64,000 nucleotides of DNA, from contig AZYC01000001.1 of assembly GCA_000513075.1 (NCBI GenBank), forward strand, positions 11,624-75,623. The letters are read 5' to 3'. The stretch's first letter is position 1; each line of letters begins with the position of its first letter. Below the pieces are notes generated by a model. The model ran no database searches. It was not told where the DNA came from and saw nothing but the letters and a program-made list of their open reading frames with translations. The DNA comes from an alpha proteobacterium SCGC AAA288-G21. GTDB lineage: Bacteria > Pseudomonadota > Alphaproteobacteria > Pelagibacterales > Pelagibacteraceae. Positions 10,118 through 22,689 of this stretch are shown piece by piece. Made by a program: the position numbers and the translations under genes.

Positions 10118-13012
10118 TTATTTAAAAACCTTTTCTATTATTTTTTTCTGTTGTGCAAGGTGTTTTTTTTGATATCCTGTAGCAGGTGAAGCAGCTGGGT
10201 TTCTTCCAATATAGCTAACTTTCGGATTATTTGATCCTATGTAATCCAATGTCCATTCGATATAATTTCTTGCAGCATTCCAGGCGCCCATATTTTGAGG
10301 TTCTTCTTGACACCAATAAAAATTGGCATTTTTTTTGAATCTTTTTAAATGTTGAGCCAATGTTTTCACTGGAAATGGATATAGTTGTTCTATCCTAATA
10401 ATAAATACCTCATCATTTTTTATATTTTCTCTTTCTCTCAAAAGATCAAAGTAAACTTTTCCAGAACATATAATTACTTTTTTAATTTTTGTATCTTTTT
10501 TGAGTTTTATCAGCCCATAGCCTCCGACATCAGCATAATCTAGAAGAACTCTGTGAAAAGTATTTTTCCTGGTAAAATCTTCTATATTTGAAACACAATA
10601 CTTATGTCTTAACAAAGATTTTGGAGTCATAATTATTAAAGGTTTTCTAAAATCTCTGTGTATTTGTCTTCTTAAAGCATGAAAATAATTAGCGGGTGTT
10701 GTGCAATTCATAACCTGGATATTTTCTTGAGCACATAGTTGTAAAAATCTTTCTAATCTTGCGGAAGAATGTTCGGGACCCTGTCCTTCATAACCATGGG
10801 GCAATAACATGACTATACCGCTTGCTCTTGACCATTTTCCTTCTCCTGATGCAATAAATTGGTCAATCACAACTTGAGCTCCATTTGCAAAATCACCAAA
10901 TTGTGCTTCCCATACTACTAATGTTGTTGGTTCTGAAAGAGCATAACCATGTTCAAAACCTAATACAGCAAGCTCTGAGAGCAAACTATCAATTACTTCA
11001 AATTTTTTTTGTTTTTTTGAAATATTATTTAAAGGAATATAATAGCTGTTATCCTCCTTTTGATCTCTAAGCACAGAATGCCTTTGACTAAAAGTTCCTC
11101 TTCCTGAATCTTGACCAGAAAGTCTTACTGGATAACCTTCTTCTAAAAGAGTTGCGAATGCTAACTGTTCTGCTGTAGCCCAATCAAATCCTTTATCACT
11201 TTCAAACATTTTTCTTTTATTATCAAAAATTTTCCTTATTGTTGGATGTGCATTAAAACCTTCTGGAATAGAAGAAATTTTTTTTCCGATTTTTTTTATT
11301 TCCTCTATTGTAACACCAGTAATCCCTCTTCTATCTTTTCCTCTCTGTGGTTTAAATCTTGACCAAATTCCTTCGAACCATTCTAATTTTGATTTATATT
11401 CTTTTGCAGTTTTGAATTGTTCATCTAGAAGATTTTTGAAATTTGTTTTCATATTGGTAAATTCTTCTTTACTAATTGTTCCCTCTTTGATGAGCTTTTC
11501 TGCATAAACATATAGTGTTGATGGATGTTTTTTAATTTTTTGATACATCATCGGTTGAGTAAAAGAGGGTTCATCACCTTCATTATGTCCGAATCTTCTG
11601 TAACAAATCATATCTATTACAATATCCCTGTTAAATTTTTGTCTAAATTCCACTGCAATTTTTGCACAATGAACAACGGCCTCTGGATCATCACCATTCA
11701 CATGCAGAATTGGTGCTTCAACCATTTTAGCAACATCTGATGGGTAAGGTGAAGATCTGGCAAATCTTGGGCTAGTAGTAAAACCTATCTGATTATTTAC
11801 AATAATATGAATTGTTCCTCCTGTATTATGTCCCTTAAGACCAGACATTGCAAAACATTCAGCTACAACACCTTGCCCCGCAAATGCAGCATCACCATGA
11901 ATTAAAACTGGAACAACTTTTTGTCTTTTAGTATCTTTGTGAAAAAATTGTTTTGCTCGAGTTTGACCTAATACTACAGGATTGACAGCCTCCAGGTGAG
12001 AAGGATTATCTGATAAACTGATATGAACCAAGTTACCATCAAATTCTCTATTGGAAGAAGCTCCTAAATGATATTTTACATCTCCCGTTGAGTCTTTAGC
12101 TGAAGAATAATCACCCACAAATTCATTAAAAATTCTTTTATAAGATTTTTGTAATAGATTTGCTAATACATTTAATCTACCTCTATGAGGCATTCCAATT
12201 TTAACCTCTTTCACACCTAATTGACCACCACGTTTAATTATTTGTTCTAAGGTAGGAATTAAAGATTCCCCCCCATCAATTCCGAATCTCTTTGTACCAA
12301 CAAATTTAACTGCAAGAAACTTTTCGAAACCTTCAGCTTGTATTAATTTGTTTAGAATTGCCTTTTTACCACTTCCAGTGAAATGCAATTGATTTTCTTT
12401 TTTTTCCATTCTTTCTCTGAACCATTTTTTTTCGGTAGGATCTGAAATATGCATATATTCAACTCCAATTGTTGAACAATAAGTATTTTTGAGAAATGTA
12501 ACTATTTCTTTAAGAGTGGCATATCCACGGTCTAAGTATTCTTGTAGATAAATTTTATTGTTAAGATCTTCTTTTTTAAATCCCTGACCAAGCGGATTAA
12601 GTTCATTAAGATATTCCCTTTTCATCAATCCTAGGGGATCAAGATTAGCTATAAGATGTCCTCTAATTCTATAAGCTCTTATAAGAGCTATAGCTTTTAC
12701 AGACTGCTCTTTTTCTTTTTCATAATCTTCGTGAGAAGACACAAGCTCATTAGAAGATTTTTTTGCAGAAATTTTTCCTTGCTCTATTATTTTTTTAATA
12801 TTAATTTTTTTAGGTGCCCAACTAGGTCCTTGAATTTCATTTAAAATATATTTTTTTTCATCATCTAGACCATCAAAAAATTCATTCCAATCTTGTGGTA
12901 ATTCTGGGTCATTACTAATATATTTTAAATACATGCTTTCAATAAAAGCACTATTACTTTTGCTTAAAAAAGAAGTTTTTTCGTAAATTGAATTATCTTT
13001 AGTAACTGGCAT
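10118..13012 (-). CDS. sucA: 2-oxoglutarate dehydrogenase E1 component
   Basis: 964 aa, with a full-length SucA-type sequence (..DPLGL.., ..HGDAAFAGQGVV.., ..GYEGQGPEHSSARLERFLQL..). Confidence 0.97.
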   Translation of the reverse strand: MPVTKDNSIYEKTSFLSKSNSAFIESMYLKYISNDPELPQDWNEFFDGLDDEKKYILNEIQGPSWAPKKINIKKIIEQGKISAKKSSNELVSSHEDYEKEKEQSVKAIALIRAYRIRGHLIANLDPLGLMKREYLNELNPLGQGFKKEDLNNKIYLQEYLDRGYATLKEIVTFLKNTYCSTIGVEYMHISDPTEKKWFRERMEKKENQLHFTGSGKKAILNKLIQAEGFEKFLAVKFVGTKRFGIDGGESLIPTLEQIIKRGGQLGVKEVKIGMPHRGRLNVLANLLQKSYKRIFNEFVGDYSSAKDSTGDVKYHLGASSNREFDGNLVHISLSDNPSHLEAVNPVVLGQTRAKQFFHKDTKRQKVVPVLIHGDAAFAGQGVVAECFAMSGLKGHNTGGTIHIIVNNQIGFTTSPRFARSSPYPSDVAKMVEAPILHVNGDDPEAVVHCAKIAVEFRQKFNRDIVIDMICYRRFGHNEGDEPSFTQPMMYQKIKKHPSTLYVYAEKLIKEGTISKEEFTNMKTNFKNLLDEQFKTAKEYKSKLEWFEGIWSRFKPQRGKDRRGITGVTIEEIKKIGKKISSIPEGFNAHPTIRKIFDNKRKMFESDKGFDWATAEQLAFATLLEEGYPVRLSGQDSGRGTFSQRHSVLRDQKEDNSYYIPLNNISKKQKKFEVIDSLLSELAVLGFEHGYALSEPTTLVVWEAQFGDFANGAQVVIDQFIASGEGKWSRASGIVMLLPHGYEGQGPEHSSARLERFLQLCAQENIQVMNCTTPANYFHALRRQIHRDFRKPLIIMTPKSLLRHKYCVSNIEDFTRKNTFHRVLLDYADVGGYGLIKLKKDTKIKKVIICSGKVYFDLLRERENIKNDEVFIIRIEQLYPFPVKTLAQHLKRFKKNANFYWCQEEPQNMGAWNAARNYIEWTLDYIGSNNPKVSYIGRNPAASPATGYQKKHLAQQKKIIEKVFK

Positions 13013-13052
13013 TATTATTTATTTATTTCATAATAACATAAATATTGAATTA

Positions 13053-13928
13053 TCAATTATGCAGTTTATGCAATAAAGTGTGGCCAATTTCTGCTGGAGA
13101 TTTGGCAATAGTTATACCACATGATTGCATGATTTTTATTTTTTCTTCGGCACCACCCTTTCCTCTTGTGATAATTGCTCCAGCGTGACCCATTCTTCTT
13201 CCTGGGGGAGCGGTAATACCAGCAACAAATCCAACTACAGGTTTTTTTATAGTATGATTTTTTAAAAATTCTGCAGCTTCTTCTTCAGCGATACCACCAA
13301 TTTCTCCTATCATCAATATTGACTTTGTTTCTGGGTCCTTTAAGAAAAGATCTAAACAATCTATAAAACTTGTACCGTTAATTGGATCTCCTCCAATACC
13401 AATGCATGTTGATTGACCTAAACCATTTTCTGTTGTCTGAGCAACTACCTCATATGTTAAAGTTCCTGATCTGGAAACAATACCTACAGATCCTCTTTTA
13501 TGAATATTTCCTGGCATAATTCCAATCTTGCATTCATCAGGGGTTATTATTCCAGGGCAATTAGGTCCAATCAAACGGCTTTTGGATTTAGTTAAACATG
13601 ATTTAACTTTTAACATATCCAAAACAGGTATTCCTTCTGTAATACATACAATAAGTTCTATTTTACTATCGATTGCTTCAATAATCGCATCAGCTGCAAA
13701 TTGGGCGGGAACATAAATCATAGTTGCTGTAGCTCCAGTTGATTTCTTTGCTTCTTCAACCGTATTAAAAACTGGCAAACTCAAATGTTTTTGCCCACCT
13801 TTTTTTGGGGTTACACCTCCAACTAGTTGGGTTCCATATTTTATTGCTTGTTCAGAGTGAAAAGTTCCATGGGTACCAGTAAAACCTTGGCAAATTAACT
13901 TTGTATTTTTATCAACTAAAATTGACAT
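13053..13928 (-). CDS. sucD: Succinyl-CoA synthetase alpha subunit
   Basis: 291 aa. Motifs [19 protein letters not shown] and GHAGAII (phosphohistidine loop). Confidence 0.97.
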   Translation of the reverse strand: MSILVDKNTKLICQGFTGTHGTFHSEQAIKYGTQLVGGVTPKKGGQKHLSLPVFNTVEEAKKSTGATATMIYVPAQFAADAIIEAIDSKIELIVCITEGIPVLDMLKVKSCLTKSKSRLIGPNCPGIITPDECKIGIMPGNIHKRGSVGIVSRSGTLTYEVVAQTTENGLGQSTCIGIGGDPINGTSFIDCLDLFLKDPETKSILMIGEIGGIAEEEAAEFLKNHTIKKPVVGFVAGITAPPGRRMGHAGAIITRGKGGAEEKIKIMQSCGITIAKSPAEIGHTLLHKLHN

Positions 13929-13929
13929 A

Positions 13930-15090
13930 TTATTTTATCGCCTTAACAATTTTTTTTGCTGCATCTGCCAAATTATTAGCGGATATGATCTTTAAACCCG
14001 AACTAGTTAAAATTTTTTTCCCTTTTTGAAAATTGGTACCAGCTAATCTAACAACAAGTGGAACTGAAATTTTAACTTCTTTTGCCGCATCAACTACTCC
14101 TTGTGCTAAAACATCACATCTCATTATCCCGCCAAAAATATTAATTAAAATTCCTTTAACAGATTTGTCGGATAGAATTATTTTTAATGCTGCGGAAACT
14201 TTTTCTTTAGATGCGCCACCTCCAACATCTAAAAAATTAGCAGGTTCTTCTCCATGTAATTTTATAATATCCATTGTTGCCATGGCAAGACCTGCTCCGT
14301 TTACCATACAACCAATTTTTCCACTCAATTTTATATACGACAAATCATGTTTGCTTGCTTCAATCTCTATAGGATCTTCTTCGTTTAAATCTCGCAGATT
14401 TAAAATTTCAGGATGCCTATATAAACCGTTATCATCAAAATTTATTTTTGCATCTAAGCACAAAACATTTCCCTTTTTAGTTATAACTAATGGATTAATT
14501 TCTATTAAACTTGCATCAGTTTTAATAAGTGTTTGATAAATCGATTGAATTATTTTTTGAGCTTGATTTTTTGATGAATTTTTTAAGTTAAAAATTGAAA
14601 CAACTTTTTCAGTCTCTTCATCTGAAATTTTATTTTTATAGTCCAATCTATAAGTAATTATTTTATTTGGATTTTTTGAAGCAACATCCTCTATATCCAT
14701 GCCTCCTTGTGCGCTTGCAATAAAAGCAATTTTAGAATTTGCTCTATCAATTAAGCATGACAAATAAAATTCTTTTTCAATTTCAGTAGCCTCTTCAATA
14801 TATAATCGTTTAACTTCTCTGCCCTCAGGACCTGTTTGTTGAGTTTTTAAAAATTTCCCAAGTAGATTTGACGATTCTTTTTCCAAATCATCTAAGCTAT
14901 CTAAAATTTTAATTCCTCCGGCTTTACCTCTGCCGCCTGCATGTATTTGGGCTTTTAAGACATACTTGTTGGTTTTAAGTAATTTTGACTTTTCTATTGC
15001 TTCTTCAACGGAAAAAGCAACTACGCCATTAGGAACGGGTACGCCAAATTTTTTTAATAATTCTTTTGCTTGGTGTTCGTGAATATTCAT
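13930..15090 (-). CDS. sucC: Succinyl-CoA synthetase beta subunit
   Basis: 386 aa. ATP-grasp N-terminus [20 protein letters not shown]. Conserved throughout. Confidence 0.97.
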   Translation of the reverse strand: MNIHEHQAKELLKKFGVPVPNGVVAFSVEEAIEKSKLLKTNKYVLKAQIHAGGRGKAGGIKILDSLDDLEKESSNLLGKFLKTQQTGPEGREVKRLYIEEATEIEKEFYLSCLIDRANSKIAFIASAQGGMDIEDVASKNPNKIITYRLDYKNKISDEETEKVVSIFNLKNSSKNQAQKIIQSIYQTLIKTDASLIEINPLVITKKGNVLCLDAKINFDDNGLYRHPEILNLRDLNEEDPIEIEASKHDLSYIKLSGKIGCMVNGAGLAMATMDIIKLHGEEPANFLDVGGGASKEKVSAALKIILSDKSVKGILINIFGGIMRCDVLAQGVVDAAKEVKISVPLVVRLAGTNFQKGKKILTSSGLKIISANNLADAAKKIVKAIK

Positions 15091-15107
15091 TACTTTTAAT
15101 TTTATGA

Positions 15108-17563
<2,456 letters not shown>

Positions 17564-17592
17564 AAATACCTAGAAAATATTTAATTAAGCTT

Positions 17593-18369
17593 CTAGCTTG
17601 TTGCAAGCATTTTTTTAATTGAACCAATAGCTTTTGCAGGATTTAACCCTTTTGGGCAAGAGCTTGTACAATTCATTATAGTATGGCACCTATATAGTTT
17701 TAACTTATCAGCAACCATTTTTAATCTCTCTTTTTTTTCTTCATCACGACTGTCTGAAATCCAACGATAAGCCTGAAGTAGAACAGCAGGACCTAAATAT
17801 TTTTCACCACTCCACCAATAACTTGGACAAGAAGTTGAACAACATGCACACATAATACATTCATACAATCCATCAAGTTTATCTCTACTTTCTTTGGGTT
17901 GATTAATTTCATTTTTTTGAGATTTAAGTTTTTTTATTTTTAACCAAGGTTCAATTGACTCATATTGTTTATATAGTGTATTTAGATCGGCAACTAAATC
18001 TTTGATCACCTTTAAGTGTGGAAGAGGGTAAATTCTTAAATCACCATTTATATCTTTATGTGACTTCAAGCATGAAAGTGTATTAACACCATCTACATTC
18101 ATTGCACATGATCCACAAACACCATGAGCGCATGAGCGTCTATAAGTAAGGGATGAATCAATTTCATTTTTAATTTTATTTAAAATATCTAAAACTTTAT
18201 TGCCACATGTATCCATATCTACCTCGAAAGTATCTTCTCTTGGATTTTCATTTTTTTCTGGGTTCCATCTATAAATATGAACTATTTTTAAATTTGATGA
18301 ACCAGTTTTATCTTTAAAATATTGCCCTGGTAAAATTTTAGAATTTTTTGGAAGATTAAATTGTACCAT
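17593..18369 (-). CDS. sdhB: Succinate dehydrogenase iron-sulfur subunit
   Basis: 258 aa. Three Cys clusters: [29 protein letters not shown] and [17 protein letters not shown]. Confidence 0.97.
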   Translation of the reverse strand: MVQFNLPKNSKILPGQYFKDKTGSSNLKIVHIYRWNPEKNENPREDTFEVDMDTCGNKVLDILNKIKNEIDSSLTYRRSCAHGVCGSCAMNVDGVNTLSCLKSHKDINGDLRIYPLPHLKVIKDLVADLNTLYKQYESIEPWLKIKKLKSQKNEINQPKESRDKLDGLYECIMCACCSTSCPSYWWSGEKYLGPAVLLQAYRWISDSRDEEKKERLKMVADKLKLYRCHTIMNCTSSCPKGLNPAKAIGSIKKMLATS

Positions 18370-20144
18370 TAATAAACCCTTTCTTTTGGAGGAAAAGTTT
18401 GAACATCATTAGTTAAAGTTGATAATTTTACCGGTCTATAGTTAATTTTAATTTCATTTCCGTTTTGCCAACTTAAAGTGTGTTTCATGTAATTTGAGTC
18501 ATCTCTACTGGGATAATCTTCTCTCGCATGAGCACCTCTACTTTCCTTTCTAGAATTTGCAGATTCTAAAGTTATCATAGCTTGACGAATAAGATTATCA
18601 AACTCTAAGGCTTCCATTAAATCAGTATTAAAAATTAAAGATTTATCTTTAACTGATATTGATTGCATACCGTTAAAAGGTTTTTTAATTTCTTCAACTC
18701 CTTCTTTCAAAGTTTTCGCAGTTCTAAAAACTGCACATTTTGATTGCATAGTCTTTTGCATTGATAACCTAAGTTCGGAAGTTTTATTTGAACCATTTCC
18801 ATTTCTTAATTTATCAAACCTATCTAATGACTTATCTGTTTCACTTTTTGGAATCTCTTCATGTGGTGTATTTTTTTTTATTAATTCAGCCGCTCTTTTT
18901 GCTGCAGCTTTTCCAAAAACTATAAGATCAATTAAAGAATTTGAACCCAGTCTATTTGCTCCATGAACAGAAACACATGCTGCCTCTCCAATAGCCATTA
19001 ATCCGGAAACTGTTTTTTCGCCACCATTTAGAGTAATTGCTTCTGCTTTATAATTTGTTGGTATACCTCCCATATTATAGTGGACTGTTGGTACAACGGG
19101 TATGGGTTCCTTGGTTACATCTCTACCTACAAAAGTTTCTACTGACTCCGATATCCCAGGTAAGCGCGATTCAATTATTTTAGGATCAATATGTTCTATA
19201 TGTAAATGAACATGATCTTTATTTTTTCCAATTCCCCGCCCTTCATTTATTTCAATAGCGATAGATCTGCTCACAACGTCTCTTGAAGCAAGATCTTTAG
19301 CATTAGGAGCATATTTTTCCATAAATCGTTCACCTTTGGAATTTAATAAAAAACCACCTTCTCCCCTAACAGCTTCAGAAATTAAACAGCCAATTCCATA
19401 AAGTCCGGTAGGATGAAATTGAACAAATTCCATATCCTGTAATGGTAGTCCTGCTCTTAGAGCCATGCCATTTCCATCGCCTGTACAAGTATGAGCTGCA
19501 GTAGCAGAGTAATAAACTTTGCCATAACCTCCTGTAGCCAAAATTGTTATGTGTGATTGAAATCGGTGAATTGTTCCTTCATTTAAATTCCAAGCTATCA
19601 CACCCTTGCATTCTCCATTTTTCATTAATAAATCTAAAGCAAAATATTCAATAAAAAATTCTGTCTTATGCTTAAGTGCTTGACCATATAATGTATGCAA
19701 AATTGCATGGCCAGTTCTGTCTGCAGCCGCACAAGTTCTTTTAACAGGTTCATTGCCATAGTTTTTTGTCATTCCTCCAAAAGCACGCTGGTATATTTTG
19801 CCATCTTTAGTTCTGCTAAATGGAACGCCATAATGTTCAAGTTCTATAACTGCTTTTGGCGCTTCCTTGCAAAGATATTCAATGCAGTCTTGATCTCCCA
19901 ACCAATCTGACCCTTTAACTGTATCGTACATGTGCCAGCGCCAGTCATCTTCGCCTGCATTGCCCAATGCAGCAGAAATACCTCCTTGGGCTGCTGATGT
20001 ATGACTTCTGGTTGGAAAAACTTTTGAAATGCATGCTGTTTTTAAACCAGACTCGCTTAATCCTACTGCTGCTCGTAAACCTGCTCCTCCAGCTCCAACA
20101 ACTATAACATCATATTCATGATCAATTATTTTATAAGTACTCAT
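18369..20144 (-). CDS. sdhA: Succinate dehydrogenase flavoprotein subunit
   Basis: 591 aa. FAD motif [12 protein letters not shown], covalent-FAD region [10 protein letters not shown] and C-terminal ..PKERVY. Confidence 0.98.
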   Translation of the reverse strand: MSTYKIIDHEYDVIVVGAGGAGLRAAVGLSESGLKTACISKVFPTRSHTSAAQGGISAALGNAGEDDWRWHMYDTVKGSDWLGDQDCIEYLCKEAPKAVIELEHYGVPFSRTKDGKIYQRAFGGMTKNYGNEPVKRTCAAADRTGHAILHTLYGQALKHKTEFFIEYFALDLLMKNGECKGVIAWNLNEGTIHRFQSHITILATGGYGKVYYSATAAHTCTGDGNGMALRAGLPLQDMEFVQFHPTGLYGIGCLISEAVRGEGGFLLNSKGERFMEKYAPNAKDLASRDVVSRSIAIEINEGRGIGKNKDHVHLHIEHIDPKIIESRLPGISESVETFVGRDVTKEPIPVVPTVHYNMGGIPTNYKAEAITLNGGEKTVSGLMAIGEAACVSVHGANRLGSNSLIDLIVFGKAAAKRAAELIKKNTPHEEIPKSETDKSLDRFDKLRNGNGSNKTSELRLSMQKTMQSKCAVFRTAKTLKEGVEEIKKPFNGMQSISVKDKSLIFNTDLMEALEFDNLIRQAMITLESANSRKESRGAHAREDYPSRDDSNYMKHTLSWQNGNEIKINYRPVKLSTLTNDVQTFPPKERVY

Positions 20145-20467
20145 TAAAATTTATATAATAACAAAATAATGGTTATTAATGGAACAATTATACTCAATAA
20201 AAATGTCAAAAGATTTGCAACATTTTTGATTTTTTCATTTTCAATATAGTCTTCAAAAATTTCATTTAATCCAATTTTTGCATGAAAAAAACCAGCTACA
20301 AGTAAAATTATTGTAAGCCAAGAAAACATTGGATTACCAAAAAAATTCATTACCTCTTCATAACTACTCGTTGAAAGTGAAATTAAAGAAACACAAAACC
20401 AAACAATAAGAGGTGCAACTAAAAGTGCACTAATTCTTTGTAATATCCATTTACGTGATGCATTCAT
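20144..20467 (-). CDS. sdhD: Succinate dehydrogenase hydrophobic membrane anchor subunit
   Basis: 107 aa, three predicted TM segments. Lies between sdhC and sdhA. Confidence 0.85.
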   Translation of the reverse strand: MNASRKWILQRISALLVAPLIVWFCVSLISLSTSSYEEVMNFFGNPMFSWLTIILLVAGFFHAKIGLNEIFEDYIENEKIKNVANLLTFLLSIIVPLITIILLLYKF

Positions 20468-20854
20468 TTAAATTAATCCCTTTCCAATTAACCATAAAAT
20501 AATAGTCATAACAAAAGAACTAATGACAACTATAATTCCAGAAAAATTTGCAGTTTTTATTTCATATCCATAACCTAAGTCCCAAAAAAAATGTCTAATT
20601 CCACTTAATAAATGATAACTCATAGACCAAGTAAAACCGATTAATATAAATTTTCCAAAAAAAGTTTTTAATAAAATTGAAAAATACTCAAATAAGTTTT
20701 CTCCTATACCTGCTGAACAAATCCAAGCAGAAATAAAAATAAGTCCAAACAAATTCAAAATTCCAGTAATTCTGTGAGTAATTGAAAGCAAAGAAGAAAT
20801 TTGCCATCTATAGATTTGGAGATGTGGTGATAATGGGTTTTTTGAATCACTCAT
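20468..20854 (-). CDS. sdhC: Succinate dehydrogenase cytochrome b556 subunit
   Basis: 128 aa. ..PLSPHLQIYRW.. signature and TM helices. First gene of sdhCDAB. Confidence 0.9.
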   Translation of the reverse strand: MSDSKNPLSPHLQIYRWQISSLLSITHRITGILNLFGLIFISAWICSAGIGENLFEYFSILLKTFFGKFILIGFTWSMSYHLLSGIRHFFWDLGYGYEIKTANFSGIIVVISSFVMTIILWLIGKGLI

Positions 20855-20861
20855 TATATAT

Positions 20862-21867
20862 TTAATTAATATATTTTTTAATCAAAACAGTTGCAATTTG
20901 CACTGCATTAAGAGCAGCACCTTTAAGTAAATTATCAGAAACAATCCACATATTGATGGAATTTTTTTGTGTCTGGTCTTCTCGTATCCTTGAAATATAG
21001 GTTACAAAATCACCGCTTGATTCAACTGGAGTTATATAGCCACCATCTTCTGTTTTATCTACAACTTTGCATCCAGGAGCTCTTTCTAAACATTCTCTAA
21101 TTTTTTTTGCATCAACCGCAGTATTAAATTCAATATTTACTGACTCAGAGTGTCCAACAAATACTGGAACTCTTACACAAGTAGCACTCAAAGCTATATT
21201 TTGCTCCAAAATTTTTTTTGTTTCTACAGTCATTTTCCATTCTTCTTTTGTGTAACCATCTTCCATAAAAGAATCGATGTGCGGTATAACATTAAAAGCA
21301 ATTTGTTTAGTAAAATTTTTTGAATTTACTTTTTGTTTTTCTAAAACTAATTTGCTCTGTTCTTCAAGTTCATTCATGTGAACTTTACCCGCTCCAGAAA
21401 CAGACTGATAAGTTGATACAATAACTCTTTTAATTTTAAATTGATCATGTAGAGGCTTTAGTACCAGCACTAACTGTATTGTTGAACAATTAGCATTAGC
21501 AATAATATTTTTATTTTTGTAAGATTTTAAAGCTTCGCCGTTAACTTCGGGCACTACCAAAGGAATTTCTTTGTCCATTCTGAAATATTTGGAATTGTCA
21601 ATTACGATAGTTTTTTTTTGCTGCAATGGGAGCCCATTTTTTTGCTATAGCGCTTCCCGCAGAAAAAAAAGCTATTTTTACTTTTGAAAAATCAAAATCA
21701 CTAAGTCCAATGATTGAGTAGGTTTTATTATTAAAAGTAATCTTTTTTCCAACACTTTTATCAGAAGCAATAAGATACAATTCACTAAACTCAAAATTAG
21801 TTCTCTCTAGAACTTCTAAAAGCTTTCTACCGACATTTCCTGTCGCCCCAACAATTGCTATATTCAT
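20862..21867 (-). pseudogene. asd: Aspartate-semialdehyde dehydrogenase, split by a +1 frameshift in an A9 run as sequenced
   Basis: ORF 21598..21867 (MNIAIVGATGNVG...AKKWAPIAAKKNYRN*) and ORF 20862..21626 (..KKTIVIDNSKYFRMDKEIPLVVPEVN.. SGAGK..) are the two halves of Asd. Deleting one T from the run at 21611..21619 gives ..APIAAKKTIVIDNS.. in frame. Confidence 0.9.
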
Positions 21868-21903
21868 ATTAATTAAAGTATTACTATTGTTTTATGACCA
21901 ATT

Positions 21904-22689
21904 CTAGTTGTGATTTTTTTCAATAAAATTTTTGACAATTTCTCTCATTTCAAAGGCTTTTTCAAAAATAATCATGTGACCACATTCTTTAAGCACTTGT
22001 AATTCAGAATTTTTAATTTTTTCAGCCAATTGTTTTCCTTTATTTAAAGGAACCATCTTGTCTTTATCGCCCAGTATACAAAGGGTCGGACAATTTATCT
22101 CTGATGCAGCTTTTGATCCATTTTTATAATTATTGCATGCTCTAAGATCAACAGCTAAACCTTCCTGAACTTGTCTTGGTGAATTAATAATTTTTTGAAC
22201 TGGATTTCCTCCAATAAATTTTTTTACTCCTTCGTAGCCCCATTTCATCATAAGTTCTACAGACTTCATATCACCCCCGTCTGCATAATTAATCAGATCC
22301 GTATTAACCGGCAATTCATAAGATCCTGCTATGAGGTTTAAACTTTTAATTAGTTTTGGAAAACGGGAAGCAAACTCAAGTCCAACTAAACAACCTTGTG
22401 AATGACCGACAAATGAAATTTCATTTATTTTTAAATTTTTCATTAATTTTTGAATCCAATCCGCGATTTCCTCAATAGATTTTATTGCTGGTCCCTCTGA
22501 ACCACCATGACCAGGTAAATCAAGTGACAAAATACTATAGCCCTTGGAAGCTAAAAATTGTTCGTGTAAAGACCAAACTATATGTGTAAGACCGCTACCG
22601 TGCATTAAAATAACTACTGGCCTTGTGGTATCAAAATCTAGCCCACCAGTTGATGCAAAAACACTTTTTTTATCTACTTCGAACTTCAG
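21904..22689 (-). CDS. Alpha/beta-fold hydrolase. The first ATG is at 22605, but the conserved N-terminal strands continue in frame up to a CTG at 22689.
   Basis: Nucleophile elbow GHSQGC and HG oxyanion motif (..RPVVILMHGSG..). The frame upstream of ATG 22605 reads LKFEVDKKSVFASTGGLDFDTTRPVVIL, with no ATG, GTG or TTG. The CTG overlaps the upstream TGA stop as CTGA. Confidence 0.7.
   Translation of the reverse strand: MKFEVDKKSVFASTGGLDFDTTRPVVILMHGSGLTHIVWSLHEQFLASKGYSILSLDLPGHGGSEGPAIKSIEEIADWIQKLMKNLKINEISFVGHSQGCLVGLEFASRFPKLIKSLNLIAGSYELPVNTDLINYADGGDMKSVELMMKWGYEGVKKFIGGNPVQKIINSPRQVQEGLAVDLRACNNYKNGSKAASEINCPTLCILGDKDKMVPLNKGKQLAEKIKNSELQVLKECGHMIIFEKAFEMREIVKNFIEKNHN

Noticed and set aside
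14033-14536. Long antisense ORFs inside well-conserved genes. Examples: 14033..14536 in sucC, 15466..15879 in mdh, 16902..17282 in mmsA, 55519..55971 in the thiolase gene, 34058..34360 in leuB and 57071..57397 in the reductase gene.
   Set aside because: Each lies entirely opposite a gene with unmistakable family motifs. The translations are low-complexity (Ser/Pro/Ile/Phe-rich) with no recognisable domains. This is typical of shadow ORFs on the antisense strand of relatively GC-richer genes.
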